From the NCBI GenBank assembly GCA_963846575.1, contig CAWJWJ010000002.1, positions 2,720,001-2,784,000 of the forward strand: a stretch of 64,000 nucleotides of DNA, given 5' to 3'. The position numbers and the translations under genes were made by a program. Below are positions 38,300 to 48,885 of this stretch, in pieces. Below the pieces are notes generated by a model. It did no database searches and was not told the DNA's origin. It saw only the letters and a program-made list of their open reading frames with translations. This DNA is from an uncultured Nitrospiraceae bacterium. Lineage in GTDB: Bacteria > Nitrospirota > Nitrospiria > Nitrospirales > Nitrospiraceae. Position 1 is the stretch's first letter. Every line of letters starts with the position of its first letter.

Positions 38300-39562
38300 T
38301 CAGTCCTCCAACTCGCTCAGACGCCGGCTGAGGAACCTCCGCTCCGGTTCCTGTTGGGTCAGCGCCAGCGCCCGTTCGTAGGACGCGCGGGCCTCGGCCG
38401 TCCGCTTCAGCCTCCGGCAGAGGTCCGCCCGTGCCGCGTGCGCCAGGTGATACTGCGTCAAGGCGCCCCGCGCGAGGATGGCGTCAATGAGAGTCAGCCC
38501 CGCCTCCGGCCCGTCGCGCATGGACAGGGCGGCGGCACGATTGAGTTCGATCACGGGGGAGGGATTGATACGCAGGAGCAGATCATAGAGGGCCACGATC
38601 TGGACCCAGTCGGTCGCGCCCGCGTTCGGCGCCTGGGCATGCACGGCCGCGATCGCCGCCTGGATGCCGTAGGGGCCGACCTCCCTCCCCGCGAGGCCCC
38701 GTTCCACGAGTGACAAGCCCTCGGCAATCTGGGCGTGATTCCAGAGCGAGCGGTCTTGATTCTCCAGCAGGATCAGATCGCCGGTCGGCGAGGTGCGCGC
38801 CGCGCGCCGCGAGTCTTGCAACAACATCATGGCCAAGAGCCCCACGGCCTCGGGCTCGGACAACAATCCGGTGAGCAGCCGCCCCAAACGAATCGCCTCC
38901 CCGGAGAGCTCGTGACGCGTGAGCGAGTCCCCGGATGAGGCGGAGTACCCTTCGTTGAACACGAGATACACGACCCGGAGCACGGCCTCCAGCCGATCCG
39001 GCAGATCGACCTGCGACGGGACCAGATAGGGAATGCGTGCCTCGCGAATCTTCGCCTTGGCACGCACGATCCGCTGCGCGATGGTGGAAGGTTTCGTGAG
39101 GAAGGCGCGCGCGATTTGATCCGTCGTCAGCCCGCAGACCTCGCGTAGCGTCATGGCGACTTGGGCGTCGGCCTGCAACGCCGGATGGCAGCAGGTGAAG
39201 ATCAGCCGCAGCCGGTCATCGTCCACGCTTTCGTCGTCCCGCTCCTCGGCGTCCCGGTCCATGCTGCCCGGGGATTCCAGCCGACGGGCAAGTTCGGTCA
39301 AGGAGGCATCGGACCGGGCCCGCCGGCGCATGCCGTCGATGACCTTGAAGCGGCCGGCCGAGACCAGCCATGCCCGAGGATTCGCCGGCACGCCATCCCG
39401 GGCCCATTGCTCCACCGCGGCGGCGAACGCCTCGTGCAACCCCTCCTCGGCAGCATCGAAGTCGCCCAGGAGACGGATCAAGGTCGCCAGGACCTGGCGC
39501 GAGTCCGAGCGGTAGACGCGGTCGACCAGCTCGCGTATGCCTGGGGTCGGCTCCTCACTCAT
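38300..39562 (-). CDS. ECF42-type RNA polymerase sigma factor with C-terminal TPR-like extension
   Basis: AGGAGG RBS; DDRLRLIFTCCHPAL, QRIVRAK, YLVFNEGY, QDRSLW, QAAIAAVH, TDW.QIVALY; 420 aa. Confidence 0.92.
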   Translation of the reverse strand: MSEEPTPGIRELVDRVYRSDSRQVLATLIRLLGDFDAAEEGLHEAFAAAVEQWARDGVPANPRAWLVSAGRFKVIDGMRRRARSDASLTELARRLESPGSMDRDAEERDDESVDDDRLRLIFTCCHPALQADAQVAMTLREVCGLTTDQIARAFLTKPSTIAQRIVRAKAKIREARIPYLVPSQVDLPDRLEAVLRVVYLVFNEGYSASSGDSLTRHELSGEAIRLGRLLTGLLSEPEAVGLLAMMLLQDSRRAARTSPTGDLILLENQDRSLWNHAQIAEGLSLVERGLAGREVGPYGIQAAIAAVHAQAPNAGATDWVQIVALYDLLLRINPSPVIELNRAAALSMRDGPEAGLTLIDAILARGALTQYHLAHAARADLCRRLKRTAEARASYERALALTQQEPERRFLSRRLSELED

Positions 39563-39666
39563 CGACGGCACAGCCTCCTGGCACATCCACTGGAAGAGAT
39601 CAGGTTTGCGGGTGCATGGCTCGGCGGACTCAGACTGTGAAGCCGCGCGAACGGGATCGGATACGA

Positions 39667-40854
39667 TTACTTGGCGATTGCGATGCCGGGCACGGGAGCC
39701 GTAACCGGTTTTTTCGTCATCTGATAGAGCTGATACAACATATTGAACGCCTTGAGGTTCCAGTTCGCGCCTTCGCCTCTGGCGAACGGCATTTCCTCGA
39801 CCGAATACACATGGTCGTGGTACTTGACGGAGATGGCGGCATCCGGCGGCACCGTCCCGGTCTCCCGGATTTGAAGCGTCTGGGCGGGATTGACCTCGAC
39901 GGGGCCCGTTCGAGGATCCTGGGCCACCGCATATTCGGGGCGGTCGCTGATACCTCGGGCCAGAAACTGCAGGATGGAATTGAAGCTGCGCAGGCTGATG
40001 CGGCCTTGAAACGAAAAGGCTCCGCCCGGATGGTCCGGCCGGATATCCACGAGTATCTCGTTGGGAGGCCAATCCAAGAGGTTCTTGACCAACTCGTTTC
40101 GCCCGTCCGGCCGCCGCGATGCATCGTAGTTCGACAGCAGCAGACGCGACTTACTGAGCGCATACCGATGGTCCCCTGTCTTGTACCAACGATGCCCGGT
40201 CTCCAAGGCTTGCAGGACGTCCTCCGGCGTCGGGCCCCGCTCCATGACCCCTTCCCAGAGCTTCTCGACCATCACGGGCTCGATGAAGAGCTGGTGATGG
40301 CGTTGCAGAGCGCTGAGATGGAGACAGCGCCGCCGGTATTCCTCGTATTCGGCGGGATTACCTGGTTCATTCTCCAGCAACGTCAGTCCGGCCTCGGTTT
40401 CCGACCGCATGGCGGCGCCCATCATCCGGAGCGCCATGCCCAGATCGCTCCCCAGCTCAAGAATCGACAAGAATCGCTCTTCCTCGAGGGGCGTCAAGAG
40501 GCGCTGTTCGAACTCCGCTCCGTCCATGGGGACGATGGTGATGGTGGGATTTTCCGCCACGGTGGTGCTGAAGATGGGAGCGACGAGTCCCCGCGCGTCG
40601 CCTTCAGGCGGACGGATACCGGCCGTCATGCGGAAATCGAACGTGGCGGCGACGCTGGAAACCGTGGTGAAATGCACGGGACGGTTATAGCGGGCGCGCA
40701 CGATGTTCAGGAGCAACTGCTCGCTGCTCACCTGCGTGACGGTCTCGTCGTAGGAGAGCACGGCCTGATGCAGGGCAATCGGCGAGAGGCACCCCGCGAC
40801 GAAGGGCCACCCGAATAAGGAAGAAGCGAGCAGGATGCGGACGGCAACGTTCAT
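39667..40854 (-). CDS. Hypothetical lipoprotein
   Basis: Lipobox VAGC; QLLLNIVRARY...ENPTITIVP. Confidence 0.75.
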   Translation of the reverse strand: MNVAVRILLASSLFGWPFVAGCLSPIALHQAVLSYDETVTQVSSEQLLLNIVRARYNRPVHFTTVSSVAATFDFRMTAGIRPPEGDARGLVAPIFSTTVAENPTITIVPMDGAEFEQRLLTPLEEERFLSILELGSDLGMALRMMGAAMRSETEAGLTLLENEPGNPAEYEEYRRRCLHLSALQRHHQLFIEPVMVEKLWEGVMERGPTPEDVLQALETGHRWYKTGDHRYALSKSRLLLSNYDASRRPDGRNELVKNLLDWPPNEILVDIRPDHPGGAFSFQGRISLRSFNSILQFLARGISDRPEYAVAQDPRTGPVEVNPAQTLQIRETGTVPPDAAISVKYHDHVYSVEEMPFARGEGANWNLKAFNMLYQLYQMTKKPVTAPVPGIAIAK

Positions 40855-41072
40855 TGTAGCTCTGGTCGACCACGTTCAGCAGGGGCGCGCGCATTATAGA
40901 ACAGGTCGAGGCTGTGCGGTAGTAGGATTACGGCGCCAGGCCCGCCGCGGCGACAGTGAGGCACAGCCCGCCACCTCCCGCGCGGCGTCGGGCTCCGGAG
41001 CTCGCGTCCCGGGCGCGCAGCGCATGACGGCGAGACTCCCGCGCAAGAGCCTCCCCGGCACGCAACGGTTCG

Positions 41073-41368
41073 TCAGTATTCAAAGAGGACGTCGAGCAAG
41101 GCCGGCGTCATCCCCACTCCGATGTGCTGAGGCGCAGTCTTCATCGAACCGACGCTTTTGTCGTAGGCCTGCCAGTAAACCTTTTCGCTGTCCCATATGG
41201 CGACGCAACTACAGTTGTGCCGGCTCTCCGCCCGGAGACTCTTGTGGAATTTTCCACTGATGAAGACGGGTTGGTGGATAATATTGGCCCTCACCTTTTC
41301 CACCAGTCCACGAACTCACCTTGTTTGTCCCTGGGAACAGAAAAGACGTTGATCAGCGTCACGCTCAT
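41073..41368 (-). pseudogene. Antibiotic biosynthesis monooxygenase (ABM)-like gene with a frameshift at about 41296-41303
   Basis: GGGAGG RBS, MSVTLINVFSVPRDKQGEFVDWWK* continues in another frame as KVRANIIHQPVFISGKFHKSL...VAIWDS. Confidence 0.65.
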
Positions 41369-41394
41369 CCGGCACCTCCCTCGGTTCGGGACGT

Positions 41395-42189
41395 TCAGTG
41401 CGACGGCGGAAAGACTTCCTTGAAGAACCCCAGCAGCGCCACCCAGGATTTCTTGTCGGCCTCTGCGTTGTACTCGAGGGCGTCCAAACCCGCTTTACCC
41501 GCGTTGGGATTCGTAAAACCATGTTTGGCGTTCAGTAAGGTCACCACCTGGAACTTGGCGTCGGCCGCTTTCATTTCCTGCGTAAACGCTTTCACCTGCT
41601 CCGCCGGAACAAATGGATCGACCGCGCCGGTGAGTACCAGGATGTTCGCCTTGACCTTTCCCCGTTCCGCCGGCGTGTTCGTGCCCAGCATGCCGTGAAA
41701 GCTCACGACGCCATCCAGATCGGCCCCCGCACGCGCCTGCTCCAGGACCACGGCGCCACCGAAGCAATAGCCGATGGCGGCAATCCGTTCCGCATCCACA
41801 TGCGGATCCTGCTTCAGTTGCTCTAACGCCGCGCGAAACCGTGCCGTCATCACGGCCGGCTCCTTTTGAGCTTCGGTCATAAAGGCCTGAGCCTCTTCCG
41901 GATGAGTCGTCACTTTGCCCTTCCCGAACATATCCAGCGCAAAGCCGACGTACCCGGAGGCCGCGAGCCGTTTCGCTTGATCCCGCGCATGTTCGTTATG
42001 CCCCCACCATTCATGGACGACCAGGACACCGGGACGGCGGCCGGTCACGGCGTCGTCCCAGGCCATGAACCCCTGCAGCACCGTCTCGCCCTGCTTGTAT
42101 TCGATCTCACGTGTCCGAACTTCAGCATTCGCAGCCGACGCGAACCAGCACCAGGCCGACAACACCATTACGATGCGCAACATGTACAT
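41395..42189 (-). CDS. Dienelactone hydrolase family protein (exported)
   Basis: VVHEWWG, GYCFGG, SFHG, HGFTNP; signal peptide. Confidence 0.93.
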   Translation of the reverse strand: MYMLRIVMVLSAWCWFASAANAEVRTREIEYKQGETVLQGFMAWDDAVTGRRPGVLVVHEWWGHNEHARDQAKRLAASGYVGFALDMFGKGKVTTHPEEAQAFMTEAQKEPAVMTARFRAALEQLKQDPHVDAERIAAIGYCFGGAVVLEQARAGADLDGVVSFHGMLGTNTPAERGKVKANILVLTGAVDPFVPAEQVKAFTQEMKAADAKFQVVTLLNAKHGFTNPNAGKAGLDALEYNAEADKKSWVALLGFFKEVFPPSH

Positions 42190-42401
42190 ATACGTGCCTC
42201 CATAGTCCGTCATGACGTGAACGGGATTGACTAGTATATTGCCAGGGACGACCGGGAACCAAGCTCTGCGTCCGACGGTTTCACCGGCAGCTAACAAATA
42301 CACCATGTCACCCCGCTACTTCACGTATGATGATGGGACGACGGCCAGGGAACGGCCCATAGGCCGGGAACGGGTTTCCATGAGAAAGGACGGGACGCAC
42401 T

Positions 42402-43199
42402 GTGGGTAATGGGAGTCGCTTTCTATCTTGCTGCATCAATGTCCGCGTGCTTGCAATCGCAGGCTTGCTGATGCTCTCGACCGGTGCTGGCGTCGCTGGG
42501 GCCTGGGAAGGCGCTCCTGACAGCCGCTTCTCGCTGGAGGTTGAGTCAGGTGCCATCTGGCAATCCCGTAATCAGATTCAGATTCCCGATAGCGCGGACG
42601 GCACGCGGTTTGCCTTAACCGACCTTCAAGGTCACGGCCCGGCGGTCCATCGCCGGGTCGAATTGACGTGGAATCTGAACCACCGCCACTCCCTTCGATT
42701 TGTCTATGCACCGATCGGATTTTCAGGCAGCGGCACCTTCAGCACGCCGGTCCGCTTTGCCGGAGGAACCTTTACGCCGGGCAGCGCGGTGGATTCAGAC
42801 TATAAATTCGACTCGTACCGGTTGAGCTATCGCTATCTGATCCATGAGTCCGAGCGATGGCGCTGGCGAATCGGGGCCACGGCTTTCATTCGCGATGCCA
42901 AAGTAGAGTTGCGCCAGGCAGGACGGGTCGCCACAGACAGCAACGTCGGCTTCGTGCCGCTCTTGAGTGCCGCGCTCGAATATGCCATTGCGCCGCGCTG
43001 GACGGCCTTGATCGATTTCGACGGACTGGTCAGCACCCAGGGACGCGCCATCGACGCCGCCGCTAAAATCCGGTACGACCTCAGCGATGCCTGGTACCTG
43101 TCAGCCGGCTACCGGGTCTTCGAGGGAGGGGTAGATAATGACACGTACGCATTCGGCTGGTACAACTTTGCGCTGCTGTCACTGGGGGTCCGGTTCTAG
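42402..43199 (+). CDS. Putative outer-membrane beta-barrel protein
   Basis: Signal peptide, alternating aromatic beta-strands, terminal GVRF. Confidence 0.75.
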   Translation: MGNGSRFLSCCINVRVLAIAGLLMLSTGAGVAGAWEGAPDSRFSLEVESGAIWQSRNQIQIPDSADGTRFALTDLQGHGPAVHRRVELTWNLNHRHSLRFVYAPIGFSGSGTFSTPVRFAGGTFTPGSAVDSDYKFDSYRLSYRYLIHESERWRWRIGATAFIRDAKVELRQAGRVATDSNVGFVPLLSAALEYAIAPRWTALIDFDGLVSTQGRAIDAAAKIRYDLSDAWYLSAGYRVFEGGVDNDTYAFGWYNFALLSLGVRF

Positions 43200-43552
43200 C
43201 CAATCGATCGCAGCGCCTCGCCGTCTGACTCACGCACTCTCCGCAGGCATTTCGAGCACTCTCATCGCACAGTCTCCTCTCGGCAGATCTTTCAGCATCA
43301 AATGCCCTGAGAGGCTTCGCAGATCCGGCTGGCTGTGGCATGGTCCACCGCCGTCATGGTGCGCCGGTCCGATCAAGAGAGGCTCGTGTCTTGACACAGC
43401 GTCCACGCACTCTGCGCGAAACTTTTGCTTGCCGGGGCTCTGCGGTAGCAGGCATCCGGCTGCCCGCCGGCAGAGGGGAGTAGGTTCTACGGACGGAAGG
43501 CTTTACAATCAGGCGTCGATGTCTGCCGAGCCGCCATCCTGACAACAGGAGC

Positions 43553-45265
43553 GTGACCATGGGCACAGCAGTCGTGATCCGGATCTTGATCGGTTTCCTC
43601 GTCTTCGCCTTGCACTCTCCCGTCCCCGGCAGGGCTGCGCAGGACGACGCTCCGCAATCCGAGGAGGGGTTGTTTTATGAGGTCGCGTCGCTCAACGAAG
43701 GGTTGCCTCCGCTCGAGCCTCCCCCCGACCTGACGACCCCGCGTGCCGCGCTCGTGAACATGATCCGCGCCTCCCATGACGGGGACTTCGAACGCGGGGC
43801 CCGCTCACTGAATTTTCAGGCCATTCCCGCGCAGCAACGCGCACCGGCCACGTTGGCCAAGCACTTCTACTATGTCATCACTCAGCGGGTTCAGGTCGAT
43901 CTCAAGAAGGTCCCGGACCGGCCGAACGGCGCGTTCGACGACGCGTCCAACGGGTCGGATTCCCCGGCCCCGTTCGATCGACCACGACGCAGCCTGAAGA
44001 TCGGTGAAGTCCCCTTGGCACTGGGAACCGTGGAGATCCGGCTGGAGCGCTTCAAGCCGTCGAAGGGAGAGCCGGTCTGGCTCTTTTCTCCCCGAACGGT
44101 CGAGAAGATCGCGGACATGTACGCCTTCCACGGACCAGGCCCGCTGTTCAATTACCTGCCCTTTCAGGCCAGGCAAGGCCTTCTGACCGATTCTTCGGCC
44201 TGGCAGTGGCTGGTCCTGATGGCGCTCGCAGGCCTGTCTACCGCCGCGGGATGGATCGGCACGCTACTGATCCGTGTGCCGTTGCCGCGCCTGACGACCG
44301 GCAAGGTCCTGGTCGCGGCCGCGAGGATGGCGGCGCCCCTCGGCCTGCTGATCGGGCTCCTGACGTTTCACGGGATGACCTACCGGCTCCTGGCTCCGCC
44401 CGGCACCGTCGTGCACGGGCTCTACGTGCTCCTCTCCATGCTGTTCGTCGCCGCCCTGACGTGGATGGGCGTCCGCCTGATCGAGGTGGTCTCAGCACTC
44501 GCTACCCGGCGATACCATGACCAGGCCGGCGCCCTGGAGGAAGAGGAGGCCCGCGTTCGTTTCACCAGGATCGCGGTCGGCCGGTACCTGCTGATCTTTC
44601 TCGCGATGTGCCTTGGGCTGGGATTGACCTTCTATCAACTTCATGTGATCAACAATCTTTCGCTGTCGTTTCTCGCGTCCGCCGGCGTGGCCAGCGTCCT
44701 GCTCGGGGCCACCGCCCACACGGTCCTGGGCAACATGCTCGCCGGACTCCAGATCGCACTGACCCGGCCCGTCTCCATCGGCGACAGCATTACATTCGAA
44801 GGCCATTGGGGCTGCGTCGAGGAAATCACCTATGGATATGTCGCCATCCACACCTGGGATGACCGGCGGGTGATCGTGCCGCTCAACTATTTCATTTCCC
44901 ATCCCTTCGAGAACTGGTCGAAATCCGGCACCAGGATCATCAAGCCGATTTTCCTGTATGCGGACTACCATGTCGACGTCGACGCGATGCGGAAAACGTT
45001 TCGCGACCTCCTGGACCGGTCCGATAAATGGGACCGGTCGTTCGAGCCGGTGTTCCAGGTCACGGGGATGTCCGAAAAGACGGTGGAACTCCGGGCGCTC
45101 TGCAGCGCCAAGGATGCAGGGGCTGCCTGGGACCTGCACTGCGAGTTGCGGGAGGGGCTCGTCGCCTTCTTGCAGAGGTGGGAGGGCGGCCGTTATCTGC
45201 CCAAACAACGCCTGGAGTTGTCCGGTCAGGGCGGCGACCAGAGTCCGCCTGCTCCGGGCGCATAA
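43553..45265 (+). CDS. MscS-family mechanosensitive channel with large periplasmic N-terminal domain
   Basis: LASAGV...LGNMLAGLQIALTRPVSIGD...G.VEEI...WDDRRVIVP...FENWS. Confidence 0.92.
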   Translation: MTMGTAVVIRILIGFLVFALHSPVPGRAAQDDAPQSEEGLFYEVASLNEGLPPLEPPPDLTTPRAALVNMIRASHDGDFERGARSLNFQAIPAQQRAPATLAKHFYYVITQRVQVDLKKVPDRPNGAFDDASNGSDSPAPFDRPRRSLKIGEVPLALGTVEIRLERFKPSKGEPVWLFSPRTVEKIADMYAFHGPGPLFNYLPFQARQGLLTDSSAWQWLVLMALAGLSTAAGWIGTLLIRVPLPRLTTGKVLVAAARMAAPLGLLIGLLTFHGMTYRLLAPPGTVVHGLYVLLSMLFVAALTWMGVRLIEVVSALATRRYHDQAGALEEEEARVRFTRIAVGRYLLIFLAMCLGLGLTFYQLHVINNLSLSFLASAGVASVLLGATAHTVLGNMLAGLQIALTRPVSIGDSITFEGHWGCVEEITYGYVAIHTWDDRRVIVPLNYFISHPFENWSKSGTRIIKPIFLYADYHVDVDAMRKTFRDLLDRSDKWDRSFEPVFQVTGMSEKTVELRALCSAKDAGAAWDLHCELREGLVAFLQRWEGGRYLPKQRLELSGQGGDQSPPAPGA

Positions 45266-45866
45266 GGTCATCCCCGCGGCCATTCGTCTGGACCCACCAG
45301 CTCCAGCTCGCGCTCTTTTTCTCCGCCATGCGGCACTGCCCGACGAGCTCCTCAGGGCGGTGGCACGATGATCTACCTCGAACTGGTGCTGATCGACGGC
45401 AGGATCGAGGGCCTGATTTCAGCACCCTCCTCAAACGGGATGTCGCCCGCCTGAAACCCGAACACCTGGTCGTCACGGTGCCCGGCCACCACCGGGGTCT
45501 CACCGCATTGAAGCAAGCCGCCGCCGAGGTATGCGAGCGGTTTGTCGACGACCCCCCGCAAGGCCCTCAACTTCGGACGTCCAATGGATGGAGAAACGGC
45601 CAGACAGGATGGTGGCCATCCGTCACCGCGCGGAGCTCCTGCGCCGACGAAGGACTTCCCCGGCGCGATAACCCGGCGCGCGCTGCCTGGCACGGCAGGA
45701 AGAGAACAGCACGAGCGACCGGTCTCAGCCCCGACCGCAGGCATCCTCTTCCCGCTGCCAAGAGACCCGGACGGTTGATCCGGGCGGATGCCCGGCTCTT
45801 CCCCGGTAGCTACGTCCTCAGGGTGTACGTAAACCGGTGCCCCGGCTCCATCCGGCCGTTCGCGAA

Positions 45867-46724
45867 TCAGTAGAGGACCGACGGAAGAAATGCCCCGGCC
45901 GGTTTCTGATAGAGCCCCATGGTCATGAGCGTCATCGGCTGCACGATACGCAGCCCCTGCGCAAGGCACCAGCGAAACAGATCTGCGTTACGCGTCGGCA
46001 GCAGGAATCCCGGCCCCCCAAACGCCGCTGCCGCGCCAATCAGCGCCTTGAGCTCCTTGTTCGTCTGCCCCACCGCGTGGGCGAAGAAACCGATATCCGT
46101 GGCATACCCGGTCACCGCCCCGTCATGCTCCACGACGCGCGCGGTGCCCTGCGCGATCGCATCGGCGACCTCCTGACGACGATCATGCCCGTGCACGCTG
46201 AGACACAGCCGGTTGCAGGCGTCCAGATCGTGGGGCGTCGCCACTCGCACCGCGTAACCTGGTATCTCGATGTTCAAGGCCGTCCCCTGCAGACAGGACA
46301 GCGGTTCGCGCGCATCGAATCCGAGTTTGCTGTACAGGGACATCGACCGGTTATGGTACGCCACTTGGGCCAGTCTAACCCCGAGGAACCGTTTCGTCCG
46401 CGCCCGCTCCACAACCACCTCCATCATTCTGCGTCCGATGGAGCCGTTCTGTTCGGTCGGCAGCACGCTGATCGGGCCGATCCCTGCGATCGTGTCTCCC
46501 TCCCAGAGGAAGTTGCTCCCCACCACGCGGCCCTGGCGCTCGGCCACGACCGAATAGACGTCCTGGCGCGAGAGCACCATCGTCAGGAGGCCGACGGCCA
46601 CCTCGACCGAAGGGAAATCCGGCGGAAAGTTGTGCTGGCCGGCAATAGCCTTGAATGCTTCATAACAGACGGCACCACAAGCCTTGGCATCGTCGACCGT
46701 GCCCGAGCGGTATGTCACGTCCAT
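45867..46724 (-). CDS. GNAT family acetyltransferase
   Basis: IGPISVLP.EQNGSIGRRMM, SLYSKLGF. Confidence 0.88.
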   Translation of the reverse strand: MDVTYRSGTVDDAKACGAVCYEAFKAIAGQHNFPPDFPSVEVAVGLLTMVLSRQDVYSVVAERQGRVVGSNFLWEGDTIAGIGPISVLPTEQNGSIGRRMMEVVVERARTKRFLGVRLAQVAYHNRSMSLYSKLGFDAREPLSCLQGTALNIEIPGYAVRVATPHDLDACNRLCLSVHGHDRRQEVADAIAQGTARVVEHDGAVTGYATDIGFFAHAVGQTNKELKALIGAAAAFGGPGFLLPTRNADLFRWCLAQGLRIVQPMTLMTMGLYQKPAGAFLPSVLY

Positions 46725-47007
46725 GACGGTTGGTCCTCCAGGTGAAGGGAAAAAGCAGGAGGCTAAATTACTGCGGTCGCAGCGACGGAGTCAACGAGAA
46801 GAGGTGCCGGACCCGTGCGGGTCGCACAGGGCTCTGGTCAACAGCCGGCAGCGGCCGTTCCACTCAGGCAAATGAACTGAATCGTACCGTGATCGAAGGA
46901 AGGTAGGGATGCAGTGAGGCCCGGTCATCGCGACGGATGGCCCGGGCCCAGGGAATGGGCTTAGGAGCGCTATAGTCGGTTGGCCGAACCGGTTGCGGGA
47001 ATCAAGG

Positions 47008-47493
47008 CTACTCGATCACCCAGATGGCGAGGCCCTTGGCATCACGCAGGAGCTGGTCGGTCACCCCGCCGCCGAACATCCGTTTGATCCGTGACGTCCC
47101 GTGGCGTCCAAGGACTATAGTGTCGGAGCCACCGGCCTTCGCCGTCTCCAGGATGTTGCGTGCGATGTCGTCCTCATGGCCGAACTTCAATGCGACCCGG
47201 CTCTCATCGAAACCGTATCGTCTCAGGGTCTCGAAGGCCGTATTCAGGACCCGGCATTCGGCTTCCCGCTCCTTCTCGATCCAGGTGTCCTGCTCCCTGC
47301 GCAACTCCTCCCCCAGGAGGGCCTCGGCGGCGGGATTCTCCGAGCCGCCGTGCTCCAGCAACTCACGGGGCATGGGCTTCAACACGTGAAAGAGCGTGAT
47401 GGCGATATCAGGCGTTCGGCTGAGCAGCGAGCCGACATATTCGACGGCGCGCTGAGAATTCTCGGACTCGTCGACCGCCAGCAGCATACGCAT
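47008..47493 (-). CDS. Universal stress protein (UspA family)
   Basis: LLAVDESENSQRAV, IVLGRHG..RIKRMFGGGVTDQLL. Confidence 0.92.
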   Translation of the reverse strand: MRMLLAVDESENSQRAVEYVGSLLSRTPDIAITLFHVLKPMPRELLEHGGSENPAAEALLGEELRREQDTWIEKEREAECRVLNTAFETLRRYGFDESRVALKFGHEDDIARNILETAKAGGSDTIVLGRHGTSRIKRMFGGGVTDQLLRDAKGLAIWVIE

Positions 47494-47515
47494 AAGAACC
47501 TCCCCCCTGTCCCCC

Positions 47516-47740
47516 TTATCTCACGCCGCAGGCTGTGGGATCGGCCACGTCGCGTGAAGGAAGCACACGATCGAGCACGTAGTATAACGGGCAAAAGCCA
47601 GTGGCCCCGCTTTGGATCAATGTGACGCCGAGCAACACCGGCAACAGAAGCCAGGCGGCGCTGACATAGTGGCCCAACAATACGCCGGCCGTCACCAGAA
47701 GTCCGACGATCGCATCGTGGATACGCCGTTTTTGATTCAT
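47516..47740 (-). CDS. DUF2892/YgaP-like small membrane protein
   Basis: Two TM helices, QSGATGFCPLY. Confidence 0.8.
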   Translation of the reverse strand: MNQKRRIHDAIVGLLVTAGVLLGHYVSAAWLLLPVLLGVTLIQSGATGFCPLYYVLDRVLPSRDVADPTACGVR

Positions 47741-47795
47741 CAGGAGACCTCCTTCGTATAAACGGCCGCGAAGCCCCCGCTGCCGGGCCGTTGCA

Positions 47796-48194
47796 TCATG
47801 AGGGCATCAGCATGACATGCACGTCCCGCTCGCGCGGACCATCCAACTCGACCAGCATCACGGATTGCCAGGTCCCGAGCATCAGTTTGCCCCCGGCCAC
47901 CGGAATGGTCAAGGACGGTCCCAGGATCGATGAGGCCATGTGGGACCAGGCATGCGACGGATCGTGGGCATGCCGGAATTCGATGCGCGGGATCATCTCC
48001 TCCATGATCTGGAGAAAATCCTGTTCGGTGCCCTCCCCGATTTCGCCTGTCGTCACGGCAGCGGTCGTGTGGGTGACGAAGACCACACAGATCCCTTCCT
48101 GCATCTCGGCCTTGCGGATGAGGGCCTCGAGGCGATCGGTCAGGTCCACGACCTGCTTCAACTTGCCGGTGCTGACAGACAGAACGTCGCGCAT
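47796..48194 (-). CDS. yjbQ: YjbQ/UPF0047 (secondary thiamine-phosphate synthase-like) protein
   Basis: HTTAAV, HAHD..HA.SH, LGTWQSVMLVELDGPRER. Confidence 0.88.
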   Translation of the reverse strand: MRDVLSVSTGKLKQVVDLTDRLEALIRKAEMQEGICVVFVTHTTAAVTTGEIGEGTEQDFLQIMEEMIPRIEFRHAHDPSHAWSHMASSILGPSLTIPVAGGKLMLGTWQSVMLVELDGPRERDVHVMLMPS

Positions 48195-48207
48195 GTTTCC
48201 ACGCGGA

Positions 48208-48597
48208 CTAGGCGGCCTTGCGGGCCGCGTCCACGCTCCAGATGCCGGATCCCTGACTCGCAATGTAGAGAAAGACAAAACAATAGAGGGCGGCGAGTTC
48301 GCCCTGGTTCTGAATCGGCAACAGGGCTTGCGTGCCATGGACCATCCAGTAGGCAAATGCCATCAGCCCGCTTGAGAGAAAGGCCGCCCAGCCGGCCATC
48401 AGTCCTATCATGACGAGGAACCCGCCCACCAGTTCGATGGGGCCTGCGATGAACACCACGAAGGCCGGGAGCTCCATCGGGGGCGGCATCGGCAGGTTGA
48501 ACAATTTCTGCGTGCCATGCCAGAGAAAGAGAAACCCCGTCACGATGCGCATCAAGGCGTAGGTCTGTGGAGCATAACCGCGCATGAATGATGGCAT
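48208..48597 (-). CDS. DoxX family membrane protein
   Basis: RIVTGFLFLWHGTQKLF, IELVGG, SGLMAFAYW, GSGIWSVD. Confidence 0.9.
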   Translation of the reverse strand: MPSFMRGYAPQTYALMRIVTGFLFLWHGTQKLFNLPMPPPMELPAFVVFIAGPIELVGGFLVMIGLMAGWAAFLSSGLMAFAYWMVHGTQALLPIQNQGELAALYCFVFLYIASQGSGIWSVDAARKAA

Positions 48598-48885
48598 CGC
48601 GTCCTCCCGGGGTGTGTGGTGAATGGCCGACGTGGCAGTGCGGGGAATTGAACACAATTACCGTAGCCAGATGGGCACACCCTGTCAACGAGAGAATCCC
48701 CTAGTCCCGTCTGTGAGCTGCCATGACCGCTGTTCGTCGAGCCGGGACCGGTAGGCCGCTCACGCTCAGTCCGGCCGTTTGACATGACCCCGAATACTTG
48801 CCTAAGGTCCCGATCAGGTCAAACCCAAAACGGTCACCGGCGCTGACAGCCGGATGGCCCGATACCCTGTGCACCGGGAGACAGG

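Noticed and set aside
38300..40072. 590-aa version of the sigma factor ORF
   Set aside because: The extension overlaps the lipoprotein gene; AGGAGG RBS supports a start at 39562
45266..45860. Possible gene remnant between MscS and GNAT
   Set aside because: No frame gives a recognisable protein
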